Origin: a virus
DNA length: 64,000 bases
Virus record (IMG/VR): IMGVR_UViG_3300020474_000993
Strand: one strand, 5' to 3'
A program made the position numbers and the translations under genes. Below are positions 9,442-19,498 of the stretch, one piece after another (within the stretch, counting starts at the first letter, position 1; each line of letters begins with the position of its first letter). A model generated the notes under the pieces. That model made no database searches. It worked only from the letters and a program-made list of their open reading frames with translations, and was not told where the DNA came from.

Positions 9442-10363
9442 ATTTTTATGGGTGGAGAAATATAGACCCCAAACTATTTCCGATTGTGTTCTACCAGATA
9501 GAATCAAAAGTATTTTTCAAGAGTATGTTGATGCTGGTGAAATATCCAACATGCTTTTGTGTGGCACCGCTGGTACAGGAAAGACCACGGTTGCAAAAGC
9601 ACTTTGTAATGAACTTGGTTGTGACTTTATTGTTATCAATGGTTCGGATGAAAGTGGTATTGATGTATTGCGTACTAAGATAAGAGACTTTGCTAGTACG
9701 GTAAGTTTTGAAAGTAAACCCAAAGTTGTGATTATGGATGAGGCGGATTATCTAAATCCCAATTCCACGCAACCAGCACTTAGAGCTTTTATTGAGGAGT
9801 TTTCTGGCAATTGCAGATTTATTTTCACATGCAATTTCAAGAATCGAATCATCGAACCTCTTCACAGTAGAACATCTGTTATTGAATTCAAACTCAATAA
9901 GGATGAAAAACAAAACATGGCTGGATTGTTTCTTAATAGAATGAAACATGTATTGGATTCTGAGGGAGTCACATATTCTACTCCAGTTCTCGCTGAGTTG
10001 TTAATGAAACACTTCCCAGACTATCGTAGGGTTCTAAACGAACTACAACGGTATTCGCGTAGTGGTACAATCGATGAGGGTATCCTAAGTAACATTGCTG
10101 AGATAAACACCAAGGGATTGATTGACAGTCTCAAGGATAAGGATTGGAAGAAGATGCGACAATGGGTAGTCAACAATGTTGACAATGACCCACAAGGTGT
10201 CTACAGGAAGGTCTATGACTCTCTTATCGATAAGGTGAAACAAGTACCCCACTTGGTACTATTGATTGCTGACTACCAGTACAAGAGTGCATTTGTGGCA
10301 GACCAAGAGATTAACTTGACCGCGTGTCTAACTGATATCATGGCGAGTGTGGAATTTAAATGA
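9434..10363 (+). CDS. gp44: Clamp loader large subunit (gp44)
   Basis: LWVEKYRP, GTAGTGKTT, IMDEADYL, PLHSR, FPDYRR. Confidence 0.95.
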   Translation: MSEFLWVEKYRPQTISDCVLPDRIKSIFQEYVDAGEISNMLLCGTAGTGKTTVAKALCNELGCDFIVINGSDESGIDVLRTKIRDFASTVSFESKPKVVIMDEADYLNPNSTQPALRAFIEEFSGNCRFIFTCNFKNRIIEPLHSRTSVIEFKLNKDEKQNMAGLFLNRMKHVLDSEGVTYSTPVLAELLMKHFPDYRRVLNELQRYSRSGTIDEGILSNIAEINTKGLIDSLKDKDWKKMRQWVVNNVDNDPQGVYRKVYDSLIDKVKQVPHLVLLIADYQYKSAFVADQEINLTACLTDIMASVEFK

Positions 10364-10803
10364 TTGAGGGGTTAGGTGAACCAGTAAAGACCTATGATGC
10401 TGAAGAGTTCAAGGTAAAGAAAAAAGCAATCAGTCCCTTTGATTTTGCGAACAGTATCAACTACAGTAAAGAGGATTTGATTGTAGATGATTGGTCTGAG
10501 AAACAGTACAATGCTTTTATTGTGAACAAGTCATTGTCTCATGGAATGGATACGGTTGTGGCATCTAATGAAATGAATGCTAGACCACACCTTGATGCAA
10601 AATTGCAGTATGATTTTCTAAGGGGACTTGTTCGTAAGAAGAAAAGATTTAACAAGTGGTTGAAACCAGAAAAAGAAGAACATCTGGAAATAGTAAAAGA
10701 ATATTTTGGTTATAGTAATGTCAGAGCTCAAGAAGCACTTAGACTTTTGACTGACGAAAACATCATGGAGATAAAAAAACTTTTAACAAAAGGTGGAAAA
10801 TAG
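10360..10803 (+). CDS. gp62: Clamp loader small subunit (gp62)
   Basis: SPFDFANSIN...QYDFL...KKKRFNKW...YFGYS; follows gp44. Confidence 0.9.
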   Translation: MIEGLGEPVKTYDAEEFKVKKKAISPFDFANSINYSKEDLIVDDWSEKQYNAFIVNKSLSHGMDTVVASNEMNARPHLDAKLQYDFLRGLVRKKKRFNKWLKPEKEEHLEIVKEYFGYSNVRAQEALRLLTDENIMEIKKLLTKGGK

Positions 10804-10809
10804 AAAAAC

Positions 10810-10852
10810 CATAAATACTTTTCATATTAATTAACAAAATTATGAAGGTATT
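10810..10852 (+). promoter_or_regulatory. Late-type promoter (CATAAATA) overlapping an RBS-sequestering hairpin before regA
   Basis: CATAAATA 10810-10817; AATACTTTTCATA pairs with TATGAAGGTATT, which contains the GAAGG RBS. Confidence 0.5.
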
Positions 10853-10855
10853 ATC

Positions 10856-11272
10856 ATGGTGGATGATTTTTTTGACATTGATTTTCCAGATTACAAACCA
10901 GTAGAAGTATTATTAGAAAAGGAAGATGACTTCCTAAAGGTTAGGGAAACTTTGTCTCGTATTGGAGTGGCATCAAAGAAAGACAAGACATTGTATCAGT
11001 CTTGCCATATTCTCCATAAACAGGGTAGGTATTTTATAACTCATTTCAAAGAACTTTTTGCTCTTGATGGCAAAGAAGCAGATTTGACAGATAATGATTT
11101 AAAAAGAAGAAACGCAATATCCAAACTGCTGAGTGATTGGGGTTTGGTAAAACTTCTTGATAAATCAGTTGAAGAAGACATGGCTCCATTGAGTCAGATA
11201 AAGATTTTGTCCTTCAAAGAGAAGGATGAATGGTCGCTCGTTACTAAATATAATATCGGGCGAAAACGATAA
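10856..11272 (+). CDS. regA: Translational repressor RegA
   Basis: DDFLKVRETLSRIGVAS, LYQSCHILHKQGRYFITHFKELFALDG. Confidence 0.96.
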   Translation: MVDDFFDIDFPDYKPVEVLLEKEDDFLKVRETLSRIGVASKKDKTLYQSCHILHKQGRYFITHFKELFALDGKEADLTDNDLKRRNAISKLLSDWGLVKLLDKSVEEDMAPLSQIKILSFKEKDEWSLVTKYNIGRKR

Positions 11273-11296
11273 CCCTAAACGCACAGAAGGAGAGCT

Positions 11297-11683
11297 ATGA
11301 AGGGAAAAGTGGCGGCTATGGTCGCATTGGTTTTTATGATGGCAATACCTCTTGAATCCATCGCTGAAGAGGAAAAAAACAGGATTCACACACTCTGTAA
11401 ACAAGAGATTAAACAAAACTATTCCGACTCACTCGCAAGAATAAGACTCAATGGATTTGCTAAACAAAACCGCAAACCTATTGCAAAATATCGCGTAGCG
11501 ATTGAGGGAGGACAGACTTTGTTCCTAAGATGTGGTATTGACCCCACTTCTGGTTCCATTATGGTCTGGGATAGAGATGATTTTTACAGAATTGCTAAAC
11601 TGAGTGAAGGTCTTCAAAAGAAAATCAATGAAGAACTTGCAATCATTATGCATGGGATGGTTTTAAAATTAAACAACGGATAA
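11297..11683 (+). CDS. Hypothetical exported protein
   Basis: GGAG RBS; N-terminal signal-peptide-like segment ending SIA-EE. Confidence 0.6.
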   Translation: MKGKVAAMVALVFMMAIPLESIAEEEKNRIHTLCKQEIKQNYSDSLARIRLNGFAKQNRKPIAKYRVAIEGGQTLFLRCGIDPTSGSIMVWDRDDFYRIAKLSEGLQKKINEELAIIMHGMVLKLNNG

Positions 11684-11728
11684 AATTAAATTTTTGCCCT
11701 TGATTTTTGGAAAAAAGTCCCCATATAT

Positions 11729-11736
11729 TATAAATA
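11729..11736 (+). promoter_or_regulatory. T4-type late promoter
   Basis: TATAAATA upstream of hsp20. Confidence 0.7.
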
Positions 11737-11794
11737 ACAGTAGTAGATGCTCGGGTGAGGTCTACACTTTAACTCGCTTAATAAGGAGAAAACT

Positions 11795-12247
11795 ATGAAT
11801 ACTTTAAGCACACAAGCGCACTGGGATAATCTTGTCTCAGCGTTTCCACAAATCCGCAGACAATTCGTTGGTTTCGATAGGGTAGTTGATTTACTCAATC
11901 AGAACTTTGAAGTATCTGTGCAAAATTTCCCACCATTTAATATAGAAAAACTAGATGATGAAAACTACGAGATTCAAATGGCTCTCGCTGGTTACAAAGA
12001 ATCTGATTTAGATATTACTGTGGAAGATGGCACTCTTACTGTAGAAGGTGGCCAAGAGTCGGGGGAAGACGAATCAAATTTTATTCACCAAGGTATAGCA
12101 CAAAGAAAATTCCGTAAGGTATGGAGTCTAGCTGACACTGTAATAGTGAAAGATGCTAAACTCACTGAGGGAATTCTTAGAATATCCTTGGAGAATCAAA
12201 TCCCAGAGGAGAAGAAACCTCAAACAATCAAGATTAAAACTAAATAA
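11795..12247 (+). CDS. hsp20: Small heat-shock protein (Hsp20/IbpA-like)
   Basis: FVGFDR, FPPFNIEK, MALAG, HQGIAQRKF, IPEEKKP. Confidence 0.95.
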   Translation: MNTLSTQAHWDNLVSAFPQIRRQFVGFDRVVDLLNQNFEVSVQNFPPFNIEKLDDENYEIQMALAGYKESDLDITVEDGTLTVEGGQESGEDESNFIHQGIAQRKFRKVWSLADTVIVKDAKLTEGILRISLENQIPEEKKPQTIKIKTK

Positions 12248-12258
12248 ATAGTTTTATC

Positions 12259-12285
12259 GGGGGGCGATATTTGCCCCCCATTTTT
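12259..12285 (+). terminator. Rho-independent terminator
   Basis: GGGGGGC-loop-GCCCCCC followed by ATTTTT. Confidence 0.8.
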
Positions 12286-12299
12286 GAAAAGGAAATATT

Positions 12300-12707
12300 A
12301 TGACAAAGAAAAAGAAAGTAGTGAAGGAAGTAAAGATTCCTAATCCAGAAATGGAAGTCACCGAAGAAGAACTTGAGAAACAACAACTTCCACCAGCTTC
12401 ATTGGTGGGTGTAAAGTCTGCTGGTACGGCTGAAATTATCTGTTACTTACAGAAAGATGATGAGGGCGGTAGATATATTTTATCAAACCCAGCTCAGATA
12501 TCTTATTTGCCTGTTGAAGGAAAACAGGGACAATTTAAAATTGCATTTGTTCCACAAACTCCATCAAGTACTGGTACTTTATTTGTACCGTATGGCAAAC
12601 TTGAATACTTGTTTGAAGTCAAACCAGATTTGGCTAAAGAGTATCAAGACAAGTTTGAACACACCGCAGTAACACAGACAAAGAAAAAACCAAAATTCAC
12701 TGGTTAA
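12300..12707 (+). CDS. Hypothetical protein
   Basis: 135-aa ORF with AAGGA RBS, between hsp20 and gp43. Confidence 0.65.
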   Translation: MTKKKKVVKEVKIPNPEMEVTEEELEKQQLPPASLVGVKSAGTAEIICYLQKDDEGGRYILSNPAQISYLPVEGKQGQFKIAFVPQTPSSTGTLFVPYGKLEYLFEVKPDLAKEYQDKFEHTAVTQTKKKPKFTG

Positions 12708-12804
12708 AAAATTGCTCGAAAAAGGTAGCGCTTTTTATATCAAAAATAGCGCAAAAAATAAATCCTCGGCCAAAAACGCCTGTAGGATTTTCAAAAAATA
12801 ATGC

Positions 12805-12833
12805 TTGACTTCTGATGTCTGTTGTGTTATTAT
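12805..12833 (+). promoter_or_regulatory. Sigma70-type promoter for gp43
   Basis: TTGACT, 17 bp, TATTAT. Confidence 0.6.
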
Positions 12834-12860
12834 ATCTCTAAATGAAAAATCGGTTTTATT

Positions 12861-15362
12861 ATGTCTAACTTCTATACCTATGCGTGGCAATATGGAAATT
12901 CAATCCTTACTCGTGGAGTGAGGAATGGTAAGCGCTTTACTGAGAAACATCCATTCAATCCTACATTGTATGTTAGAAGCAATGAGGAATCTGAATTCAA
13001 AAACATCGATGGTCATTATCTAAAACCAATTCAGTTTGGTGACAACGGTGATGCTAAAGAGTTCCTAGACAAATATTCTAAAGTAGATAACTATCCTATA
13101 TACGGTCAAACTGATTTGACTTATCAGTATATAGCTTCTATGTATCCCCATAATATCGAATTTGACCTTAGTAAGATGAATATCTGGTCAATAGATATTG
13201 AGACAACAGCAGAACATGGTTTCCCAGACACGGAAAATCCTATTGAAGAAATCCTGTTGATTACTATGGTAAACAATTACACCAAAGAAATATTTACATG
13301 GGGTTCTGGTGAGTGGAAGCCTGGCGAAGAGACCAAAGACCTACCAGTTACATATACATATTGTTCCGATGAGTTTGACTTGTTGGAAAAGTTTATGACA
13401 TGGTGGGCGCAAGATTATCCAGATGTAGTTACTGGTTGGAATCATGAACTGTTTGATATGCCTTACTTAGTTGGTAGGATTGACAGACTATTTGGTGACT
13501 CAGCTAAAAACAATCTTAGTCCATTCGGTATGACTAGGAAGAAAACTGTTCGCGGTCATAACAGAGAGTTATTGAAGACTGACATCAAGGGTGTCATTCA
13601 ACTTGACTATATGGATTTGTACAAAAAGTTTACTTACACCTTCCAAGAAAGTTATCGACTTGATTACATTGCTGAAGTAGAACTAGGTAAGAAGAAACTG
13701 GAATCTGGATTTGAAACATTCCGCGAGTTCTACGAGAATGATTGGAATAGGTTTATTGACTATAACATTATCGATACTGTTTTGGTTGACGAACTTGATG
13801 ACAAGATGAAATTCTTGGAACTTATTATCACTATGGGATATGACTGTAAATGTAACTACAATGATATCTTTTCATCTGTGAGAACTTGGGATTGTTTGTT
13901 ATATAACTTCTTACTTGAAAAGAACATTATGATTCCTCAGAAGAAGGAACACTTCTCCAAGGGATTCGCTGGTGGTTATGTCCAAGACCCGAAAGTGGGT
14001 AAGTACAAGTGGGTGGTATCAGTTGATGCGACTTCCCTATATCCATCTATCATCATGCAACACAATCTATCACCAGAGATGTTGGCAGAGGGACACAAAC
14101 CCCTAGACTGTACAGTTGATAGTATTCTGGAAAGGAAACACTCAACTAAAAAATTGGTGGAGGCAGACTTATCGATGGCTGCTAATGGTTACTTGTTTGG
14201 TAGAACATCTCAAGGATTCATGGCAGAAATTACTCAAAAGTTTTTTGACGATAGACAGAAGTACAAAAAACTCATGAAGAAAGCAGAACAAGAGTATGAG
14301 GATACAAAGAATCCTAAACTCAAAAATGATATCGCCAAGTTTAACAACTTCCAGATGGCAAGAAAGATTCAATTGAACTCTCTCTTTGGTGCGATAGGTA
14401 ACAAATGGTTCAGATATTTTGATGAAAGGATTGCAGAGGCAATCACATTGAGTGGACAACTTATTATCCGTGACACAGGTAAAGCGGTGGATGAGTTTCT
14501 AAACAAGTTTCTTGGCACAGAAGATGAAGTCTATTCTTTCTATACTGATACAGATTCTTGTTATGTTACACTGGACAAGATGGTAGAACTTCACATGAAG
14601 GATAAGTCTCAAGAAGAGATAATTGATATCCTTGATAAGTTTACGGAAGATAAACTAGTACCAGCAATCAATGGTCGTATGGCAGAGTTGGGTGACTACA
14701 TGAATGTATTCCAACCCAAGATAGATTTCAAACGCGAGGCAATTGCCGATACAGGTATATGGGTTGCAAAGAAACGATACGCATTGAATGTATGGGACAA
14801 TGAAGGTGTTAGATATCACGAACCCCATCTAAAAGTTATGGGTCTGGAGATTGTAAGGTCTTCCACACCAGCACCAGTTCGTTCAAGTCTCAAAAAGGCA
14901 GTTGAGTTATGTTTGAACAAAGATGAAAAAGAATTACAGGATTTCGTTGAGAATACATGGCAGGCATTTAGTAAGATGTCTCCAGAAGAAATCGCTTTCC
15001 CACGCGGTTGTAATAACATAGATAAGTATTCATCACGCGAAACAGTTTACACCAAGGGAACTCCGATGCATGTTCGGGGCGCATTGGTCTACAATCACTT
15101 GCTTAGGACTCAGAAACTAGAGAAAAAATATCAAGTTATCCAAGATGGTGACAAGATTAAGTTTCTCTATCTGAAGGAACCTAATCATGTGAGAGAAAAT
15201 ACCGTAGCGATGAATGGTCTAATGCCAAAAGAGTTTGACTTACATCGATACATAGATTATGAAACAATGTTTGAGAAAGCATTTATTGACCCATTGAATA
15301 CTATTGTTACTAGTTTGGATTGGAAGACTAGACCAGTGGCAACATTGGAGTCGTTATTTTAG
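12861..15362 (+). CDS. gp43: Family B DNA polymerase (gp43)
   Basis: Exo DIET; DATSLYPSII; KIQLNSLFG; YTDTDS; KKRYAL; uninterrupted. Confidence 0.98.
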   Translation: MSNFYTYAWQYGNSILTRGVRNGKRFTEKHPFNPTLYVRSNEESEFKNIDGHYLKPIQFGDNGDAKEFLDKYSKVDNYPIYGQTDLTYQYIASMYPHNIEFDLSKMNIWSIDIETTAEHGFPDTENPIEEILLITMVNNYTKEIFTWGSGEWKPGEETKDLPVTYTYCSDEFDLLEKFMTWWAQDYPDVVTGWNHELFDMPYLVGRIDRLFGDSAKNNLSPFGMTRKKTVRGHNRELLKTDIKGVIQLDYMDLYKKFTYTFQESYRLDYIAEVELGKKKLESGFETFREFYENDWNRFIDYNIIDTVLVDELDDKMKFLELIITMGYDCKCNYNDIFSSVRTWDCLLYNFLLEKNIMIPQKKEHFSKGFAGGYVQDPKVGKYKWVVSVDATSLYPSIIMQHNLSPEMLAEGHKPLDCTVDSILERKHSTKKLVEADLSMAANGYLFGRTSQGFMAEITQKFFDDRQKYKKLMKKAEQEYEDTKNPKLKNDIAKFNNFQMARKIQLNSLFGAIGNKWFRYFDERIAEAITLSGQLIIRDTGKAVDEFLNKFLGTEDEVYSFYTDTDSCYVTLDKMVELHMKDKSQEEIIDILDKFTEDKLVPAINGRMAELGDYMNVFQPKIDFKREAIADTGIWVAKKRYALNVWDNEGVRYHEPHLKVMGLEIVRSSTPAPVRSSLKKAVELCLNKDEKELQDFVENTWQAFSKMSPEEIAFPRGCNNIDKYSSRETVYTKGTPMHVRGALVYNHLLRTQKLEKKYQVIQDGDKIKFLYLKEPNHVRENTVAMNGLMPKEFDLHRYIDYETMFEKAFIDPLNTIVTSLDWKTRPVATLESLF

Positions 15363-15370
15363 GAGATACT

Positions 15371-16429
15371 ATGAGTACATTAGATAAATTAAAAAAGAAC
15401 TCAACGATAAAACAAACTGAAATTTTATCCAAGAGTAAATTTCTGAACAACAAAGATGTTGTACAGACAACTGTTCCCGCTTTGAATGTGGCGTTGAGTG
15501 GTAAATTGGATGGTGGACTTGCTACAGGTCTAACAGTTTTTGCTGGCCCATCTAAACATTTCAAAACTGCTTTTGCCATGTTATTGTCAAAATCTTATTT
15601 GGATAAATACGAAGATGGAGTGGTGTTATTTTATGATTCAGAGTTCGGCGCTCCTCAAGGATATTTCGACAGTTTCGGCATAGACACAGATAGAGTTATT
15701 CATACACCTGTCACAGACATAGAACAACTCAAACACGATGTGATGTCCCAACTCCAAGGTATTGAAAGAGGTGACCGTGTAATTATAATTGTGGACTCAG
15801 TAGGTAACCTTGCCTCGCGTAAAGAAGTAGAAGATGCGATAGATGGTAAGTCAGTTGCCGATATGACTCGTGCAAAACAAATGAAATCCCTGTTTCGTAT
15901 GGTGACTCCTCACCTAACAATCTTAGATATTCCAGCGGTGGTTGTAAACCACACATACAAAGAAATCGGTTTGTTCCCCAAAGATGTAGTGTCTGGTGGA
16001 ACTGGTGTTTACTACAGTGCTGATAATATCTTTATTATAGGTAGACAACAAGAAAAACAAGGGAAAGATGTTGTAGGATACAACTTTATTATCAATGTCG
16101 AGAAGTCAAGATTTGTTCGGGAGAAGTCCAAGATACCCATTGAAGTTACATGGGAAGGTGGCATCAGCAAGTGGTCTGGTCTCCTTGATATGGCTCTTGA
16201 GTCTGGTCATGTTGTCAAACCATCAAACGGATGGTATGCGAAATCTGATGACCCAGATGCGCCGAAATTCAGACTTAAAGATACATACACAAAAGACTTT
16301 TGGATACCTATCCTTAGTGAAAAAAGTTTCATCCAGTGGATTGAGGATAGATATTTAATGTCAGCAGACTCCATCATGCAGTCTGAAGTAAGCGAAGAGG
16401 ATATTAAGGATGCTTACTCCGAAGTGTGA
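15371..16429 (+). CDS. uvsX: UvsX RecA-like recombinase
   Basis: AGPSKHFKT, FYDSEFG, DSVGNL, VADMTRAK, SGGTG. Confidence 0.96.
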   Translation: MSTLDKLKKNSTIKQTEILSKSKFLNNKDVVQTTVPALNVALSGKLDGGLATGLTVFAGPSKHFKTAFAMLLSKSYLDKYEDGVVLFYDSEFGAPQGYFDSFGIDTDRVIHTPVTDIEQLKHDVMSQLQGIERGDRVIIIVDSVGNLASRKEVEDAIDGKSVADMTRAKQMKSLFRMVTPHLTILDIPAVVVNHTYKEIGLFPKDVVSGGTGVYYSADNIFIIGRQQEKQGKDVVGYNFIINVEKSRFVREKSKIPIEVTWEGGISKWSGLLDMALESGHVVKPSNGWYAKSDDPDAPKFRLKDTYTKDFWIPILSEKSFIQWIEDRYLMSADSIMQSEVSEEDIKDAYSEV

Positions 16430-16586
16430 TAAATGTGGGACTAGTATCGATGAAGAAAATGATGCTGGAATATGTTTTCGACATGCTGACGGAGATGCAT
16501 ATCTCTGTGAGAAATGTGTAGAAGAAGTGAAACGAGATTTTTATAATGAGATTAGAACAAACAATACTATCGAATCTGATACATAA
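16410..16586 (+). CDS. Small C4 zinc-finger protein (58 aa, translated by hand)
   Basis: MLTPKCDKCG...YLCEKCVEE; fills the uvsX-gp41 gap. Confidence 0.6.
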   Translation: MLTPKCDKCGTSIDEENDAGICFRHADGDAYLCEKCVEEVKRDFYNEIRTNNTIESDT

Positions 16587-17925
16587 CGAAGATTATGTCA
16601 GACAAGCAATTGCACATTTAAAGGCATCTTATTTCCTAGATGCTGAGTATCGTGAGGTATTCAGATGTATTCGTGATTATGTCACGGCATACAATTCCCC
16701 ACCACAAGCAAGCGCGCTTAAAATTGCACTACAAGATAACAGAAAGATTACTGAAGACCTTTACGAAAAATGTGAGGAACTTATTAATGGTCTTGGTGAA
16801 TATGAGGTTGATAACAGATGGTTGATTGACCAAACAGAAAAATTCTGTAAGGACAAGGCAGTTTACAATGCTATCATGCAATCTATTCAGATTATCGATG
16901 GACAGGATAAAACATATTCAGTAGATTCTCTGCCTTCTATATTGTCAGATGCTCTTAGTGTTGGTTTTGATAATAACATTGGTCACGATTATGTTGGTGA
17001 CGCGGAAGCACGATTTGATTTCTATCACAGGCACGAAGAAAAATTACCATTCGACTTAGAATATTTCAACAAGATTACTGAAGGTGGATTGATAAACAAG
17101 ACACTCAATATTGCTCTTGCTGGTACAGGTGTGGGTAAATCTCTTTTCATGTGTCATGTGGGTGCAGCCATGATTGCTCAAGGTAAGAATGTTTTGTATA
17201 TCACATTAGAGATGGCAGAGGAAAGAATCGCTGAAAGAATCGATGCGAACATGATGGATGTTTCCATGCAAGATTTGAGAGACCTATCCAAGTCTATGTA
17301 CACAGACCGTATTAAGAAAATTCAAAACAAAGTTGATGGCAGATTGATTGTTAAAGAATATCCAACTGCAACTGCCCATGCTGGTCATTTCAGAGCACTT
17401 CTTGAAGAGTTGAAACTCAAACAAAACTTTTCTCCAGACATAATTTTTATCGATTATCTAAATATTTGTGTGAGTCAACGACTCCGAAATAATGCTGGTG
17501 CAAACTCATATACCATAGTCAAGGCAATTGCTGAGGAACTAAGGGGACTGGCAGTAGAGTATGATTTACCAATAGTATCCGCAACCCAGACCACGCGAGG
17601 TGGTTTTAACAACAGTGATGTTGACTTGACAGATACTTCAGAAAGTTTTGGTTTGCCTGCTACTGCTGACTTGATGTTTGCTCTTATAAGTACAGAGGAA
17701 TTAGAACAACAAGGTCACATGATGGTTAAACAATTGAAGAATAGATATAGTGACCCGACAAGAAACAAACGATTTATGATTGGAGTTGATAGGGCGAAGA
17801 TGAGATTGTATGATTTAGAAGATGCTCAACAAAATCTAGTAGACTCTGGACAGGTAGATGTACAGCCAGTTTTTGACCAAGGTGCCTTTGGACAAAGATT
17901 AGGCTTGGGGGATATTAAAGTATAA
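16546..17925 (+). CDS. gp41: Replicative DNA helicase (gp41)
   Basis: AGTGVGKS, ITLEMAEE, IDYLNI, SATQTTR, SESFGLPATAD, QLKNRY. Confidence 0.97.
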   Translation: MRLEQTILSNLIHNEDYVRQAIAHLKASYFLDAEYREVFRCIRDYVTAYNSPPQASALKIALQDNRKITEDLYEKCEELINGLGEYEVDNRWLIDQTEKFCKDKAVYNAIMQSIQIIDGQDKTYSVDSLPSILSDALSVGFDNNIGHDYVGDAEARFDFYHRHEEKLPFDLEYFNKITEGGLINKTLNIALAGTGVGKSLFMCHVGAAMIAQGKNVLYITLEMAEERIAERIDANMMDVSMQDLRDLSKSMYTDRIKKIQNKVDGRLIVKEYPTATAHAGHFRALLEELKLKQNFSPDIIFIDYLNICVSQRLRNNAGANSYTIVKAIAEELRGLAVEYDLPIVSATQTTRGGFNNSDVDLTDTSESFGLPATADLMFALISTEELEQQGHMMVKQLKNRYSDPTRNKRFMIGVDRAKMRLYDLEDAQQNLVDSGQVDVQPVFDQGAFGQRLGLGDIKV

Positions 17926-17928
17926 ATA
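17921..17928 (+). promoter_or_regulatory. T4-type late promoter
   Basis: TATAAATA immediately before the spanin-like genes. Confidence 0.7.
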
Positions 17929-17933
17929 GGGCT

Positions 17934-18317
17934 ATGATTAGTAAAGTATTATTAGGTGTAATATTAGCTGGAGGCTTTGTTGGGTATTTGTACTACACAA
18001 ATACGCAAGCAGAACTTATTGAGCTCCGAGAATATAATATGGCGATGGAATTACAAGTCGCTACACAAAATGATACCATAGATAAGATGTCTAAACAATA
18101 CGAAACACAGGCAAAAGCGCTTGGTGAGTTGACTTCAAAGAATGCTGTTATTGAAGCAGAGATGACAAGATACCTTGACATTTTCCGCAGACATGACCTT
18201 AGTAAACTTGCAGCTGCTAAACCAGGCCTTATTGAACCAAGGGTGAACAATGCGACAAAAGATGTATTCGACAGTCTCGAAACTGATTCCAGTTTTGAGT
18301 TTGATACTGATAATTAA
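17934..18317 (+). CDS. Probable i-spanin (Rz-like)
   Basis: N-terminal TM helix plus coiled coil; overlaps a downstream lipoprotein gene; late promoter. Confidence 0.6.
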   Translation: MISKVLLGVILAGGFVGYLYYTNTQAELIELREYNMAMELQVATQNDTIDKMSKQYETQAKALGELTSKNAVIEAEMTRYLDIFRRHDLSKLAAAKPGLIEPRVNNATKDVFDSLETDSSFEFDTDN

Positions 18318-18681
18318 CGGTTGTAGTTTAATACCAAAACAACCGCGTGAGGTAGAAATCAAAACGATAGAGGTGCGTGTGCCTATACAGCATCCTGTAT
18401 ATCCTCGACCAATAGATATGAAAGAACCAAAGTGGTATGTTGTATCTGACAAAAACTTAGACGAATTCCTAGTTAAAATAGAAAAAGAATCTGGAAAGAT
18501 GGTCTTTATGGCAATGTCTGTACCAGATTACGAATTAATGGCGTATAATCTCCAAGAGATTAAACGATATGTAAAAGAAACCAAAGAAGTGATAGTGTAT
18601 TACCGAACCGTTATGTCTGATGATGAAGAAAAAGAAAAAGTCACAGGAGAGAAAGATGACGGAAGAGGAAACAAAAACTAA
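18250..18681 (+). CDS. Probable o-spanin lipoprotein (Rz1-like)
   Basis: Lipobox-like IINGC followed by a Pro-rich segment; overlaps the 3' end of the i-spanin. Confidence 0.6.
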   Translation: MRQKMYSTVSKLIPVLSLILIINGCSLIPKQPREVEIKTIEVRVPIQHPVYPRPIDMKEPKWYVVSDKNLDEFLVKIEKESGKMVFMAMSVPDYELMAYNLQEIKRYVKETKEVIVYYRTVMSDDEEKEKVTGEKDDGRGNKN

Positions 18682-18982
18682 AATATTACCAGCAGATGTA
18701 AATGGTGATGGTAAAGTTGATGACGAAGAAAAGGCGATGTATATGGAATTTAAGCGTAGAGAGCTTGAAGACCAAGATGCAATGCGAGACAGTCAACGCA
18801 AGATGGCATGGTTTGCTTTGGGTGGTATGTTATTATATCCATTCGCCGTTGTACTCGCTGTGTTATTTGGATTGGAACAAGCAAGTAAGATTCTAGGTGA
18901 TATGGCAGCTACTTATTTTGTTGCTGTTGCTGGTATCGTAGCAGCTTTCTTTGGGGCTCAGGCTTTCCAAAAAGGCAAATAA
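18656..18982 (+). CDS. Holin-like two-TM protein with an EF-hand-like loop
   Basis: DVNGDGKVDDEE loop, then two hydrophobic helices; follows the spanins. Confidence 0.5.
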   Translation: MTEEETKTKILPADVNGDGKVDDEEKAMYMEFKRRELEDQDAMRDSQRKMAWFALGGMLLYPFAVVLAVLFGLEQASKILGDMAATYFVAVAGIVAAFFGAQAFQKGK

Positions 18983-19063
18983 TTTAAGAGGTGTAAAATC
19001 AAATCTTCTCCGAATCAGTGGTTTCAGATTCCCCTTACAATATCAGAAGAACTGAAGGAGGAA

Positions 19064-19498
19064 TTGCTCACATTCGATATAGCTAATGCTAAAAATTATT
19101 TTATACACGAACCAGAAGAAAACCATAGACTAGAATTTTTAGAAATATCATTGGACATGATTAAAGAGGTAGCTGATAAGTTCATGGTATCACCTACTAA
19201 GGCTACACTGGTTGCTATTGCTCCCACCGATATTGTTCCATGGCATGTCGATGGTCTGTCCCACGATTACCATAGACCAGCGATAGCTTGTTTTCCACTA
19301 TTTCCCAATTCTAAGACCTATGAATGTACTGAGTACAGGGATGGATTTGTGCCATATTGTGACTCTTACATCTTCAACACGCAAGAAGAACACAGGGCAA
19401 AAGCACTGGATACGCGAAGATTAAACCTACAAATATGGTTCCAACAGGACTTTAAGGAACTAAAAAAATTGTCCGATGAAGGTAAGTTGTTGATTTAA
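19064..19498 (+). CDS. Cupin/2OG-Fe(II) oxygenase-like protein
   Basis: PWHVD...FNTQEEH.A...RLNLQI (HxD...H...R); start uncertain. Confidence 0.5.
   Translation: MLTFDIANAKNYFIHEPEENHRLEFLEISLDMIKEVADKFMVSPTKATLVAIAPTDIVPWHVDGLSHDYHRPAIACFPLFPNSKTYECTEYRDGFVPYCDSYIFNTQEEHRAKALDTRRLNLQIWFQQDFKELKKLSDEGKLLI

Noticed and set aside
12710-12800. A-tract and hairpin region upstream of gp43 as an ncRNA
   Set aside because: Only two short weak stems in AT-rich DNA; insufficient support beyond a possible UP element or operator.
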